A DNA stretch of 64,000 bases from an uncultured Acidobacteriaceae bacterium (GTDB taxonomy: Bacteria; Acidobacteriota; Terriglobia; Terriglobales; Acidobacteriaceae), in assembly GCA_963724965.1 (NCBI GenBank), contig CAVRWP010000012.1:21219-85218 (forward strand), given 5' to 3'. Below the pieces are notes generated by a model. That model was not told the origin of the DNA, ran no database searches, and was given only the letters and a program-made list of their open reading frames with translations. The position numbers and the translations under genes are program-made. Below, piece after piece: positions 19,832 through 31,322 of the stretch (the stretch's first letter is position 1; each line of letters begins with the position of its first letter).

Positions 19832-20296
19832 ATGAAGTTCGACCTCCTATCGCGAAAGTGTTGTAGAGCTTTGGGTCCCGCGCTGATCCTTATGGCGGCG
19901 AGTTCTCTGGCGGCCCAATCGGTGACGGTGCAAGTTCTAAATGGCAAGAACGGCAAGCCAGTCGGCCCGGGCAAGCGCGTTTACGTCGCTTTCCAGGGTA
20001 CGGTGACACGTAACATCCTGAATCTCCACACCGACGATCAGGGAAAAGTTGAGTTCGATGTCGAAGGCGCTAAGACATTTCGAGTGGTTCCGACAGAGTA
20101 CGCGACTTGCGGAGAACAGGCGTTTGACGCTCCCCTGAAGGACTACTCTGTTGACGAAGTTCTGAACGACGGGTTGGTGACGAGAAACCTATGCGAGAGT
20201 AATAACGGCGTGGCGTTCGATGACCGGCCTCAACCAGGGAAGCTGCTTTATTTTGTCAAACGCGAAACGTGGGAATCGTATAAAAACTTAAACTGA
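19832..20296 (+). CDS. secreted hypothetical protein (Ig-like / carboxypeptidase-regulatory-like?)
   Basis: Strong AAGGAG RBS. Signal peptide ALILMAASSLAAQS. It lies between scoA and scoB. Confidence 0.55.
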   Translation: MKFDLLSRKCCRALGPALILMAASSLAAQSVTVQVLNGKNGKPVGPGKRVYVAFQGTVTRNILNLHTDDQGKVEFDVEGAKTFRVVPTEYATCGEQAFDAPLKDYSVDEVLNDGLVTRNLCESNNGVAFDDRPQPGKLLYFVKRETWESYKNLN

Positions 20297-20398
20297 CGTT
20301 TCGAGCTTCACCCCAGAAAATTGGGTGGAATCGTTACCTGCTAATCGGGCTCTCGTTTGTGCGAGTGCCTGCCGGCGAGTCAGGAATCGGGAACATAA

Positions 20399-21088
20399 AT
20401 GGCTACCACTCCGAATATCACAAAGCAGAAAGACACCGAAAAACGCGATCGCATCGTCCGCCGCGTGGCGCGCGAGCTGCGCGACGGCTTTTACGTCAAC
20501 TTGGGCATTGGCATGCCGACGCTGGTGGCCAACTGCGTTCCCGCCGGCATGGAAGTCGTGCTGCAAAGCGAGAACGGCATGATGGGTGTCGGCCCGTATC
20601 CCATCGCTGGCGAGGAAGACGCTGACCTGATTAACGCCGGCAAGGAGACGGTGACCGAAATTCCGGGCACAGCGTTTTTCTCCAGCGCCGAGTCGTTCGC
20701 TATGATCCGCGGCGGCCACATCGACCTTAGCGTGTTGGGCGCGATGGAGGTGGATGAGGAAGGCAACCTGGCCAATTGGATGATCCCCGGCAAAATGGTC
20801 AAAGGGATGGGAGGCGCAATGGACCTGGTCGCCAGCGCCCGGCGCGTGATCGTTGCCATGGAACACACCACCAGGGACGGTGCGCCGAAGATTCTGAAGC
20901 GCTGTACTCTGCCCATTACCGGGCTGCGCGTGGTGGACACGGTCGTTACGGAAATGGCCTACATTCGGGTGTCACAGGCGGGATTGGTGCTGGAGGAGAT
21001 TGCGCCGCACCTTACCGTCGAGGATGTGCAGCGTGCGACGGATGCGCCGCTGCTGGTGAGCCCTGAGTTGAAGACGATGGAATTCTAG
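20399..21088 (+). CDS. scoB: 3-oxoacid CoA-transferase subunit B
   Basis: [12 protein letters not shown] motif and catalytic-Glu motif QSENGMMG. Confidence 0.9.
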   Translation: MATTPNITKQKDTEKRDRIVRRVARELRDGFYVNLGIGMPTLVANCVPAGMEVVLQSENGMMGVGPYPIAGEEDADLINAGKETVTEIPGTAFFSSAESFAMIRGGHIDLSVLGAMEVDEEGNLANWMIPGKMVKGMGGAMDLVASARRVIVAMEHTTRDGAPKILKRCTLPITGLRVVDTVVTEMAYIRVSQAGLVLEEIAPHLTVEDVQRATDAPLLVSPELKTMEF

Positions 21089-21120
21089 GCGGGCACTGTG
21101 GGGACAAAAGCTACTCAGAA

Positions 21121-21243
21121 TTGTCATCCTGAGCGAAGCAATGGACCCGTAGCTCGCGGGCGGTTGGAAGAATATCTGCCTCCTTGTCGCTCCCCTCAGG
21201 CCGCAGATCCTTCCTCGGGCTCAAGCCCTCCTCAGGATGACAA
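21121..21243. repeat. MITE-like element, family B variant (TTGTCATCCTGAG ... CTCAGGATGACAA)
   Basis: ttgtcatcctgagcgaagca ... cctcctcaggatgacaa. ORF 21098..21328 lies inside it and is rejected. Confidence 0.65.
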
Positions 21244-21358
21244 CTCCGATGCGCAGCGCACTGCGCCAGGACTGAAGTCGTGCCCTGACACCAAGCTTAC
21301 TGAGGCAAAGTTCTTCAGCAGCCTCTAAAGTCGCAGGACGCAAAACTACTTTCGCTAA

Positions 21359-21386
21359 GACGAAAAGGGCGCAATCTCTGCGCCCT
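21359..21386 (-). terminator. rho-independent terminator downstream of ilvE
   Basis: Stem gggcgca / tgcgccc with a 5-nt loop, followed on the minus strand by TTTTCG. Confidence 0.5.
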
Positions 21387-21409
21387 TCTTGCTCGCAACT
21401 GGATTTTTC

Positions 21410-22360
21410 TTACACGCTGACCGGCTGCTTGGCCTGCACGGGAACGGGCGTTAGCCAGCCGTGACGGTCTTCCACTTCGCCGTTCACGATGCCGTAGAAC
21501 TCCTTGCGGATCGACTTCGTGATGGGGCCCGCGGTGCCGTGGCCGACGGTGATCTTGTCGACCGAGCGGATCGGCGTGATCTCAGCCGCCGTGCCGCTGA
21601 AGAACAGCTCGTCGCAGATGTAGAGCATCTCGCGCGGAATAATCTGCTCGACCAATGGAATGCCAAGCTCCTGCGCAATATGAATGACCGAATTGCGCGT
21701 GATGCCCGGCAGCACGCTGTTGCCCAACGGCGGGGTGTAGATGCGGTCCTTGTGGACGATGAAGATGTTCTCGCCCGAGCCTTCGCTGACGTAGCCGTTG
21801 ATATCGAGCGCGATGCCCTCGGTATAGCCGTTCACGATAGCTTCCATCTTGATCAGCTGCGAGTTCATGTAGTTCGCGCCGGCCTTGGCCATCGTCGGCA
21901 TGGTGTTCGGCGCCAGGCGCGTCCACGAAGAGACGCAGACATCGACGCCATCGTCCGAGTCCGGACTGCCCAGGTACTTGCCCCACTCGTAATTGGCAAT
22001 GTACACATCGGTGGGCGAGTTGAACGGGTTCACGCCAACCTGTCCATAGCCACGCAGCACGATAGGCCGGATGTAGCAGGGCGAAACCTTGTTGGCGGCG
22101 ACCAGGTTCACCTGCGCCTGAATCAATTCCTCAAGCGAATAGTCCACGTCGATGCGATAGATCTTGCACGACTGGAGCAGACGGATGGTGTGGTCCCGCA
22201 GGCGGAAAATCGCGGGGCCTTTCGGCGTCTGGTAGCAGCGGATCCCCTCAAAGACCGATGAGCCATAGTTGACCACGTGGGCCATCACGTGGATCTTGGC
22301 GTCGTCCCATGCGACGAGGTGTCCATTGTGCCAAACATATTCACTTGCTTTAATGGCCAT
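21410..22360 (-). CDS. ilvE: branched-chain amino acid aminotransferase (class IV)
   Basis: EGSGENIF and PTMAKAGANY (PLP lysine) motifs. 316 aa. Confidence 0.9.
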   Translation of the reverse strand: MAIKASEYVWHNGHLVAWDDAKIHVMAHVVNYGSSVFEGIRCYQTPKGPAIFRLRDHTIRLLQSCKIYRIDVDYSLEELIQAQVNLVAANKVSPCYIRPIVLRGYGQVGVNPFNSPTDVYIANYEWGKYLGSPDSDDGVDVCVSSWTRLAPNTMPTMAKAGANYMNSQLIKMEAIVNGYTEGIALDINGYVSEGSGENIFIVHKDRIYTPPLGNSVLPGITRNSVIHIAQELGIPLVEQIIPREMLYICDELFFSGTAAEITPIRSVDKITVGHGTAGPITKSIRKEFYGIVNGEVEDRHGWLTPVPVQAKQPVSV

Positions 22361-22665
22361 TCCGAGGCTCCTTCACAGGCAGATTGGTACTGAGTCGTTA
22401 TGCTGCCGGGGCCGAAAGTCTGCGATGCAGTCGCGCCTGGGAGTCAAACGCAAGCTGCGGTGATCGGTGAAGTGTAGCATCCGGGATTCAGCTTAACTCC
22501 AGATTATATCTGACCAGCGGAAATCCACAGAGCGGCTTCCTCCACGCTGCGTGATTCCGTGACCAGACCCACCAGAATGGATGCGCCCGGGCGCAAAGTA
22601 GGTACGAAAAAGCAGCAGAAATTCCGGCGGCCGGTAAGCGCCCGCTCTTCAGCAACCAAAGCAAC

Positions 22666-23725
22666 GTGTTTAGAATGGTGGGTAAAGCTACTTCACCTCG
22701 GAGAGCCCCGCTATCCGCACCTATAACCTGTGCATCGTTGGCTTCGGCAACGTGGGTAAGGCCTTTGTCGCGCTGCTCGAGCGCAAGCGGCAGGAGCTTG
22801 CGGCGTGCTACGGCATTGCCTGCCGCGTCACTGGCGTGGCTTCGCGACGCCTGGGATGGCTGGCGGCGCCCGAACGGCTTTGATTCAGCCAAGCTGCTGG
22901 TGGCGGATTTCTCACAAGCAGAGCACGTCCTGGACATAAGCCTGTGGCTAAAGGTGGCCGCGGCCGACGCGCTGTTCGAAACCAGCTCGCTCAACGCCGC
23001 GACCGGTCGTCCCGCCATCGATCACATCCGGGCGGCTCTGGAATCGGGAGCGCACGCGATCAGCGCGAACAAAGGGCCAGTAGTCTACGCTTACCGCGAG
23101 TTGAGCACTTTGGCGGCTGCCGTGGGACGACGCTTTCTCTTTGAGTCGGCGGTGATGGACGGCGTGCCTATCTTCTCGCTCTTCCGCGAGGCGATGCCGG
23201 CGGTGGAAATTCGAGGCTTTCCGCGGCGTGCTGAATTCGACGACCAATGTCATTCTGGAGGAAATGGAAGCAGGCCGGAGCTTCGAGGAAGCAGTGCGGC
23301 GTGCGCAGGAGTTGGGAGTCGCCGAGTCTGATCCGACGGATGACATCGAAGGCGTCGACGCTGCCGTGAAGGTTGTCGCGCTGACCAACGTTCTGATGGA
23401 TGGGGATCTCAAACCCAACGACGTGCGTCGTCAGGGTATTCGGGAATTGACCGTCGATCAGCTTCGCCAGGCGCGTGCCAACAGCGAGGCTTGGAAGCTG
23501 GTATGCAGCGCACGGCGAGAGCCGGACGGCAGCATCACTGCATCAGTTCAGCCCAAGCGGCTCAAGCACGACGATCCGCTGGCGCAGATTCACGGGACGT
23601 CGTCGGTTATCAGCTTTGAAACGGACATCCTCCCGCAACTCATCATCACCGAGCAGAATCCGACCTTGGAGACTACGGCTTACGGGCTGCTCGCCGACTT
23701 TCTTACCGCAATCAGGAGTTCGTAA
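22666..23725 (+). pseudogene. hom: homoserine dehydrogenase, at least 2 frame disruptions and no canonical in-frame start
   Basis: Rossmann segment IVGFGNVGKAFVALL is in frame 0 (about 22713-22880). The middle part (ISANKGPVVYAYREL) is in ORF 22666..23331. The C-terminal part (NSTTNVILEEM, DPTDDIEGVDAAVK) is in ORF 23228..23725. Junctions are near 22855-22880 and 23218-23226. Confidence 0.75.
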
Positions 23726-25006
23726 ATGTCTTCGGGTACGAGAATGGTTGAACAAATGGGCAAGTTAGATATCGATTGGGTACGTCAGCAGTTCCCTGCA
23801 CTTCAGCAAACAGTCAACGGTCAGCATGCGGTGTTCTTTGACGCGCCGGGCGGAACGCAGGTGCCGCAGCAGGTGATCGACGCGATTGCGAATTACCTGG
23901 TCACGTCGAACTCGAACACTCACGGAGCGTTCTTGACCAGCGCACGCACCGACAAAGTTATTGCCGATGCACACGCGGCGATGGCCGATTTCCTGAACTG
24001 CGATCCGGACGAAGTTGTCTTCGGGCCGAACATGACGACCCTTACCTTGGCGTTGAGCCGCGCCATTGGCCGCGAGCTGAAACGCGGTGATGAGCTGCTG
24101 GTGACCGTGCTCGACCACGACGCCAATGTCTCGCCCTGGGTGTCGCTGGAAGAACGGGGGGTGAAGGTGCGCACCGCCGACATCAGGCCGTCCGATTGCA
24201 CGCTGGATATGTTCGATCTGCAAGCGAAGATCCGCCGCACTACGAAGGTAGTTGCGGTCGGTTTGGCAGCCAACGCCGTGGGAACCATCAATCCTGTAAG
24301 TGAAGCCGTGCGGCTGGCGCATGCCTCCGGTGCGATGGCGTTCATCGATGCGGTCCACTATGCGCCGCACGGGCCGGTTGACGTGCGCGCGCTGGATTGC
24401 GACTTTCTGGCTTGCTCGGCGTACAAATTCTTCGGTCCGCATCTCGGCGTTCTGTATGGCAAGCGCGAGCAGCTGCAGAGGCTGCGTCCGTACAAGCTGC
24501 GCGCCAGCTCGGAGCTGCTGCCGGATCGCTGGGAGACCGGCACGCAGAACCACGAGTGCATGGCTGGAGTGATTGCGGCGATTGAGTATCTGGCTGAACT
24601 TGGCCGGCGTCACAAGCGTGCGGCGGCTACGCGGCGGGAAGCGATTCTGGCGGCGTATGAGGTCATCCGGGCGCACGAGCACGAACTGGCAGCCCAGCTC
24701 ATCGGCGGATTGCTGGAGATTCCCGGCCTGACGTTTTATGGAATCAAAGACCTGACGAAGCTCGACCAGCGCACACCGACGGTGGCAATTCGCATGGAGG
24801 GCCACTCGCCGCGCGAGCTGGCGACCAAACTGGGCGAACGCGGCATCTTCACCTGGGACGGCAACTACTACGCCATCAACCTCACTGAGCGGCTGGGCGT
24901 GGAGCAAAGCGGCGGCATGCTCCGCATCGGTCTGGCGCATTACAACACCAAGGAAGAGGTGGAGAGGCTGCTGGAAGAGTTGAAGCGGATAGGGATTGGG
25001 GGCTAG
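23726..25006 (+). CDS. class V aminotransferase-fold PLP enzyme (cysteine desulfurase-like)
   Basis: SAYKFFGPH PLP-lysine motif and the HDANV segment. The ATG directly abuts the hom stop (TAAATG). Confidence 0.8.
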   Translation: MSSGTRMVEQMGKLDIDWVRQQFPALQQTVNGQHAVFFDAPGGTQVPQQVIDAIANYLVTSNSNTHGAFLTSARTDKVIADAHAAMADFLNCDPDEVVFGPNMTTLTLALSRAIGRELKRGDELLVTVLDHDANVSPWVSLEERGVKVRTADIRPSDCTLDMFDLQAKIRRTTKVVAVGLAANAVGTINPVSEAVRLAHASGAMAFIDAVHYAPHGPVDVRALDCDFLACSAYKFFGPHLGVLYGKREQLQRLRPYKLRASSELLPDRWETGTQNHECMAGVIAAIEYLAELGRRHKRAAATRREAILAAYEVIRAHEHELAAQLIGGLLEIPGLTFYGIKDLTKLDQRTPTVAIRMEGHSPRELATKLGERGIFTWDGNYYAINLTERLGVEQSGGMLRIGLAHYNTKEEVERLLEELKRIGIGG

Positions 25007-25095
25007 GGGTCAGGGATTGGTTTTAAGGTTTTAATAGTCGCGACTGAGTCGTGGCCTGCTGCTGAATGCTAGTTGCTAATTGCTAGTTGCTAGCT
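24991..25095. repeat. heptad-periodic tracts: AGGGATT-like x6 (24991-25035, straddling the stop codon) and GCTARTT x5 (25061-25095)
   Basis: agggatt gggggct aggggtc agggatt ggtttta aggtttt, and gctgaat gctagtt gctaatt gctagtt gctagct. Confidence 0.65.
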
Positions 25096-25137
25096 ACTGC
25101 CTTATAATCCGCGCGACTGTTCTCAGGAGAAACGAAC

Positions 25138-26184
25138 TTGCGCGGCGTGCCTCGCTGGTTGGCAGTGGTGGCTGTGCTGACGGGAGTCGCGGTGGTTTGC
25201 GCGTTCACCGTGCATCATGCGCTCGCGCCCGGCCAGTTCGTCCTGCACCTCTCCGACACGGAGATTCCCGCCGACGGCTTTTCCACTTCTGAGCTGACGA
25301 TCCGCTCGATGAACGGCCATGATCTGCGCGGCGTTCACCTCGCAGTCGAAACACCCCATCAAGTAACACTTGAGTCCTTCTCCGTACATGGCGATTCTGC
25401 TGAGGCTTTCCTGCAGGCTGGAGTGCTGCCCGGGGACGCCAGAATCCGCGTCACTGCTCCGGGATTTGATCCGCAGGAGCTGACGTTGACCACCGCCTCC
25501 GACAACACCGACAGCGTAGGCGACGGCACGCCCGACTTCCTTCGCCTGCACGATCCGGCCGACCGACGGGCCTTCCGGCACTGGTTCACCCTGCTGGCCG
25601 AGTCGCAGTATTATCGCGGCAAGTCTTTGCCCGAGGTCGATGACTGCGCCGCGCTGTTGCGCTTCGCCTATCGCGAGGCAATGCGCGAGCATGATGCTGC
25701 ATGGGCGCAGGACGCATCTTTGCCAGGCCCCGTCACGAGCGGCGACATTCAGCAGTATCAATACCCGTACACGCCGCTGGGAGCCGATGTCTTCCGCGTG
25801 AAGGGTGGCAGCTTCATCGCGCATGATCTTCGCGATGGCGCCTTCGGCCAGTTCGCTGACGCCGAGACGCTGTGGCGACACAACACGTTCTCCGTCGGGC
25901 GCAGTTTGGATCGCGCGCGTCCGGGCGACCTGCTGTTCTTTCGCCAGGACGGCGGCCACATGGCGTTTCACGCGATGATCTTCCTCGGGCAAAGCCAGAT
26001 CGAGCCCGGCGCGGAACAGTTCGTCGTTTATCACACCGGCCCGAGCGGCGATTCGAAGGGCATCGTCAAGCGATTGTCGGTAGCTGAACTGGCAAACTAT
26101 CCCGACCCACGCTGGCGGCCCGTTTCATCGAATCCCGCGTTCCTGGGTGTCTATCGCTGGAACATCCTGCGAGGCGGCCAGTGA
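25138..26184 (+). CDS. DUF1175 (YfaT-like) protein, membrane-anchored
   Basis: The segment DRRAFRHWFTLLAESQYY...DDCAALLRFAYREAMREHD matches my recollection of the DUF1175 core. N-terminal TM is WLAVVAVLTGVAVVCAF. AGGAGA RBS with a TTG start. Confidence 0.65.
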   Translation: MRGVPRWLAVVAVLTGVAVVCAFTVHHALAPGQFVLHLSDTEIPADGFSTSELTIRSMNGHDLRGVHLAVETPHQVTLESFSVHGDSAEAFLQAGVLPGDARIRVTAPGFDPQELTLTTASDNTDSVGDGTPDFLRLHDPADRRAFRHWFTLLAESQYYRGKSLPEVDDCAALLRFAYREAMREHDAAWAQDASLPGPVTSGDIQQYQYPYTPLGADVFRVKGGSFIAHDLRDGAFGQFADAETLWRHNTFSVGRSLDRARPGDLLFFRQDGGHMAFHAMIFLGQSQIEPGAEQFVVYHTGPSGDSKGIVKRLSVAELANYPDPRWRPVSSNPAFLGVYRWNILRGGQ

Positions 26185-26324
26185 GGCGACGGTTGGTCTC
26201 AAAGTCGCAGGATGCCGGTATCCGGCTTCTTTCTCGAGGACCAAGGAATGACGCGGGCATCCACTCGAGCCATGCAGCGTCACTGGATGGAACAAGCTTT
26301 CATGGTCACGATTCAGCCGCATCG

Positions 26325-26467
26325 GGGTGGAGCAGGCCTTCAGGCCTGCATATCTTCGCCGAGAGTCGATTCGGCTTTAGCCGCTGAGGTCCGTGCGGGT
26401 TCCCTTACCTCTAAAGCCGAAGTCAAACGCTCTTACTTTCATGCAGGCCTGAAGGCCTGCTCCACCC
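26325..26467. repeat. nested-palindrome MITE/REP-like element, family A
   Basis: gggtggagcaggccttcaggcctgcat ... atgcaggcctgaaggcctgctccaccc, with inner arms ttcggctttagccgctgagg and cctctaaagccgaa. Further half-copies follow up to about 26620. Confidence 0.65.
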
Positions 26468-26655
26468 AGTCCTTTCTGGCCACAAACCTGGAACCGTGCT
26501 CCACCCAATCCTCTTTGAACCTGGAGCTAAAGGCCTGCGCCGCTCAGTTCTCCTTAAAGACAGGCTTGAGGCTGGTTCAGGCATCGTTGAATGTCGGCGT
26601 CAATGCCTGCGCTACCCGGGCAATCTCACTCACGGCCCAACGCTCACTGCGCAAC

Positions 26656-29600
26656 TTGCTCATCGTCTTTCTTCTGTTGGCGCAGATGCTCGTTTCGCCG
26701 GCCTTCGGCCAGGACGACTCTGACACCGAATCCTGGTTCTCGCTGACCAGCTCCAAGACCTACATGACGGGCGAGAAGCCCGAGATCGCCGTCAGCGCGC
26801 ACAACGTCAAGGAGCTCGAGTTCCGCGTCTATCGCGTAAAAGACCCGGTGAAGTTCTTTAGCCAGATGCAGGAGCTGCATAACTTCGGCGGCCAAGGTCC
26901 GGCGCTGCCGAAGCAGGCGCACACCTGGCTGGAAAAATTTCACGCATGGAAGCACCGCATCTGGGCGTGGATTCGCGACTTCATTCGCGCGCAATTCTCG
27001 CCCGACTCGCGCCACGAAATCCGCCTATGGCAGATGGGCAGCACCGAGCCGACCAAAGGCCCGCAGGTCGCCAACTACGCGCAAGTGCCCGTGCTCAACC
27101 AGCAGCAGGTAGTCTCGGTCTGGAAGTGGACGATCCCCTCGCACGAACGCTGGGAGAGCGTGAACACCACCATCCCGGTTAGCGATCGCGGCGTCTACGT
27201 GGTCGAAGCCACCGACGGCAAGCTGCGCGCCTACACCATCGTCGTCGTCACCGACATCGCCATCGTCACCAAGTCCGGGCAAGGTCGGCTGATGACCTAC
27301 GTGGTCGATCGCCGAACGGGCGACCCGATCGCCAACATCCCCGTTAAGGTCTGGATCGACCAAAAGGAAATCGCCTCGAAGGCGACTGATCAGCACGGAC
27401 TGGTCGACACCGCCGTCAATGTCAGTAAGCCCGAGAATGTCGCCGTGCTCGCGGTCAACGATACGGAGTTCGCCGTCAACGCGCCCGGCGGCTGGAACCT
27501 GGGCGACGATCCCAACCGCAACTTGAAGGGCTACACCTACACCGACCGTCCCGTGTACCGGCCCGGCGACACCGTCCACTTCAAGACCATCGTGCGCTCA
27601 CTAGCGGCCAGCGGCTACACCATTCCGCAAGGCCAGGATTTGCGCCTGGAGATGCGCGATCCGCAGACCTACGACGTCGTCTGGACGCAGACGGTGACGC
27701 TCTCGCAGATGGGAACAGCCACGTGGAACTACACCATTCCCGCCGACGCGCACCTGGGCTCGTACTACCTGAACATGCAGATGGGCGAGCGCTACGTCGA
27801 CGGCACCAATTTTTCTGTCGAGGAATACAAGAAGCCGGAATACGCTGTGAAGGTCACGCCGCAGACGCCGCGCGTGCTGCAGGGCCAGCCCATCAAGGCG
27901 ACCATCGACGCGCGCTACTACTTCGGCGAGCCAGTCGCCAACGCCAAGGTGAAGTGGGTGGTGCACACCTCGACCTACTGGCCTCTGGGACGCGGCGAGG
28001 ATGACGACAGCGCCGACGCCGATGACAGTGGAAGCGGCGATGATGTCGCCGACAACTCCGATAACGGCGACGAGGGCGACACCTACGGCGGCGATCAGCA
28101 AGAAGAAAAGAGCGGCGTGCTCGATACCGACGGCAAGCTTCAAATCACGGTGCCGACCTCGGTCAATCCCAAGAAACAGGACATGGTGTATCGCATCGAA
28201 GCGCGTGTGACCGACGCGGGCAATCGCGAGATCGCCGGCCACGGCTTCGCCCTCGCGACCTACGGCAGCTTCTACCTCACGGCCGAGCCGACGTCCTACG
28301 TCTACAGCAAAGGCGATACCGCGACAATCAATATCACTGCGCAGGACTATGACAAAAAGCCCATCCAGACTGCCTTTCGCGTAGAAATGAATCGCTGGAA
28401 CTGGCGCACCGGCGCCGGACCGGTGGTCACCACGTCGCAGGGGCAGACCGACCCCAGCGGCAAAGCGCAAATCAAAGTCACGATTCCCGACTCCGGCGAA
28501 TTCCGCGTGAAGGTTGTCGCGACCACACCCGAGAAGCGCGATGTCGAGGATACGGCGTTCCTGTGGGCGCCGGGCGTCAGTCCGTGGTGGAGCGGCACAC
28601 AGCAGGAACGCGTGCAGATTGTCGCCGACAAAAAGAGCTATCAGCCGGGCGACACCGCGCACGTGCTGATCGTCACCGGCAAGGAGCCGACCGCGGTGCT
28701 GGTCTCCGCCGAAGGCAACGGACTCTACTCCGGACAGGTCGTGAAGAGCAACGGCGGCAGCGTCGCCGTCGATATCCCGGTAAAGCCGGAGTACGCGCCG
28801 AACTTTTACGTGGGCGCGGTCTTCATCCGCGACAACAAGATGTATGAGGGCTCGAAGAGCCTGAACGTTCCGCCGACGGCGCACCAGCTCAATGTGCAAC
28901 TGACTCCGTCGAAGCCGCAGTATCAGCCGGGCGAATCAGCCAGCTACACCATCAAGGCCACGGACGCCGCGCGGTAAGCCCATGGTCGCCGACTTCAGCC
29001 TCGGCGTGGTAGACGAAGCCATCTACGCCATCAAGCCCGAGACCGCCGGCAGTATCATGAATGCCTTTTACGGCCGCGTCTACTCGCAGGTCAGCACCGA
29101 GAGCTCGCTGACGTATTACTTCAGCGGACAGGCCGGCAAGCGCAAGATGCAGCTGGCCAGCGTGCGTCCGTCGAAGGGCATGGCGCAGCTGAAGCCCGAA
29201 CGGCTCGTGCAGCCGAAGATCCGCAAAGCGTTCCCCGACACCGCCTACTGGATGGCCGACATTCGCACGGCTGCGAATGGGCAGGCCACCGTCAAGTTCG
29301 ATTATCCCGACGCCATCACTTCGTGGCGCGCGACCACCCGCGGCGTCACCGAGAGCACCATGGTCGGCAGCGCGGTGACGAATACCATCGTTCGCAAGAA
29401 CATCATGGTGCGGCTGGTGGTACCGCGCTTCTTCCGCCGCGGCGACGAGATCACGCTTTCGACGATCGTGCAGAACTACCTGCCCACCGACAAGACCGCG
29501 CAGGTCTCCATGCAGTTCGAAGGCTTGCAGGTGCTCCAGGGCACGCAGCAGAACATCAATGTGCCGACGCGAGGACTGGTCAAAGTTGATTACGTTGTCA

Positions 29601-31322
29601 AAGTTCTCGACGTCGACTCGGCCAAGGTGCTCGGCAAGGCACTCACCGACGTCGAAAGCGATGCGATGGAGCTGACGCTGCCGGTGGTTCCCTTCGGCGT
29701 GAAGCTGGCGACTTCGAATTCGGGATCGATTGCAGGCGCGGGCACGAGCGACACATTGCAGAAGGTCGACTTCCCTGCCGCTGCCGAGAACGGCACGCGC
29801 AAGCTGACCGTCAGCGTGACGCCGTCGATTGCCGGCAGCGTCTTCGCCGCGCTCGATTACCTGACGTCCTATCCTTACGGCTGCACCGAGCAGACCATGT
29901 CGAGCTTCCTGCCCGACGTATTGGTTGCCGACGCGTTGCAGAAGCTGGGCGTGAAGTCGAACATCGACCCGACAACGCTGCATAAGCAAGTGCAGGCCGG
30001 GCTCGACCGCCTCTACACCTATCAGCATGACGATGGCGGCTGGGGCTGGTGGCAGACCGACGACAGCAACGCCTTCATGACCGCCTACGTTCTCGCCGGA
30101 CTGAGCCAGGCCAAGGCTGCCGGCTTCGACGTGAAGCAGGACGCCATCGACAAGGGCCGTGCGTGGCTGCTGCCGCAATTCAATAAGTCGACCAAGGTGC
30201 GCACCGACCTGCGCGCCTACATGGCCTATGGACTGGTGCTGAGCGGCACCGATTCCAACAGCACGGTCATCGACTCGGTTTGGCAGCAGCGTGCGACGCT
30301 CACAGCTTACGGACAAGCCGTCCTCGGACTGGCAATGGTCCAGATCAGCGACGCTCGCGCCAAGGACCTCGCGAACCAGCTCGAGGGCTCGGCCAAGCAG
30401 GACGACTCGCAGGCGTGGTGGCCGAGCGAGAACAATTACCTGATGGACTACTACGGCAACACCACACCGGAGTCCACGGCCTATGCGCTGAAGCTTATCA
30501 ACCACACCAATCCGAGCAGCCCACTGGTGACGAAAGCCGCGGTGTATCTGGTCAGCCATCGCAGCGAAGGCTACTACTGGGATTCGACCGAGCAGACGGC
30601 GATGGTCATCTACGGGCTCACCGACTACCTGCAGCAGACGCAGGAGCTGAAGCCAAACTATAGCGTGGAAATTCAGGTAAACGGAAAGAGCGTCGCGACG
30701 AAGAAGTTCACGCCCGCCGATGCGCTGGCTCCCGCGACAACGCGTCACCCTCACGGAAGCGCAACTTTCGACTGCGGGCAATCAAGTGCGCATCGTCAAG
30801 AATGGCGATGGCCGCGTCTACTGGTCAACGCGCGGCGACTACTACTCCAACGAGAAGAAGGTTGTGAACGCCGGAACCTTCCAGCTGAGCACCGCCCGGC
30901 AATATTACAAGCTGTCGTCGATGCAGAAGGACGGCAAGGTCGTCTATCACCTCGACCCGCTGAACGGCCCAGTGCAAGTCGGCGATACGTTGGCGGTACG
31001 CATATCCGTCGGCGGCAACGAGTGGAAGTACCTGATGATTGAAGATCCGATTCCGTCAGGCACGGAGTCCATCGCGCGCGATGACCTGTACGAACTTGAT
31101 GATCAGCCAACGTGGTGGGCGCGCTGGTACAGCGATCGCGAACTGCGCGACGATCGCACCACGTTCTTCAACTTGTACTTCCCGCAGGGCCAGCATGAGT
31201 ATGTGTACCTGCTGAAGGTCGTCAACCCCGGCATCTTCCGCGTCAGCCCGACCAGCGTACTGCCGATGTATCAGCCAGACTATCTATCGACCAGCGAACC
31301 CATTACGGTGACGGTGAAATGA
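26656..31322 (+). pseudogene. alpha-2-macroglobulin family protein with intact thioester motif, 2 frame disruptions
   Basis: ORFs 26212..28977, 28982..31042 and 30720..31322 are colinear. The join ATDAAGKPMVADFSLGVVDEAIY is restored by removing 1 nt at 28968-28975. The second junction is near 30725-30738. Thioester site is YPYGCTEQTMSSF. Signal peptide is LLIVFLLLAQMLVSPAFG. The true start is uncertain (TTG 26656 or ATG 26686). Confidence 0.85.

Noticed and set aside
22361-22665. The 300-nt ilvE/hom divergent spacer as a T-box, leader peptide or riboswitch.
   Set aside because: I could find no recognisable specifier or terminator-antiterminator arrangement, and no run of Ile/Leu/Val codons. 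Only a short GC palindrome (gcgcccgggcgc) is present.
26212-26655. The N-terminal about 150 codons of ORF 26212..28977, as part of the A2M protein.
   Set aside because: This stretch consists of family A repeat copies and half-copies (translations such as GLQACISS, GLKACSTQ and LKACAAQ). The real signal peptide (LLIVFLLLAQMLVSPAFG) begins near 26656.
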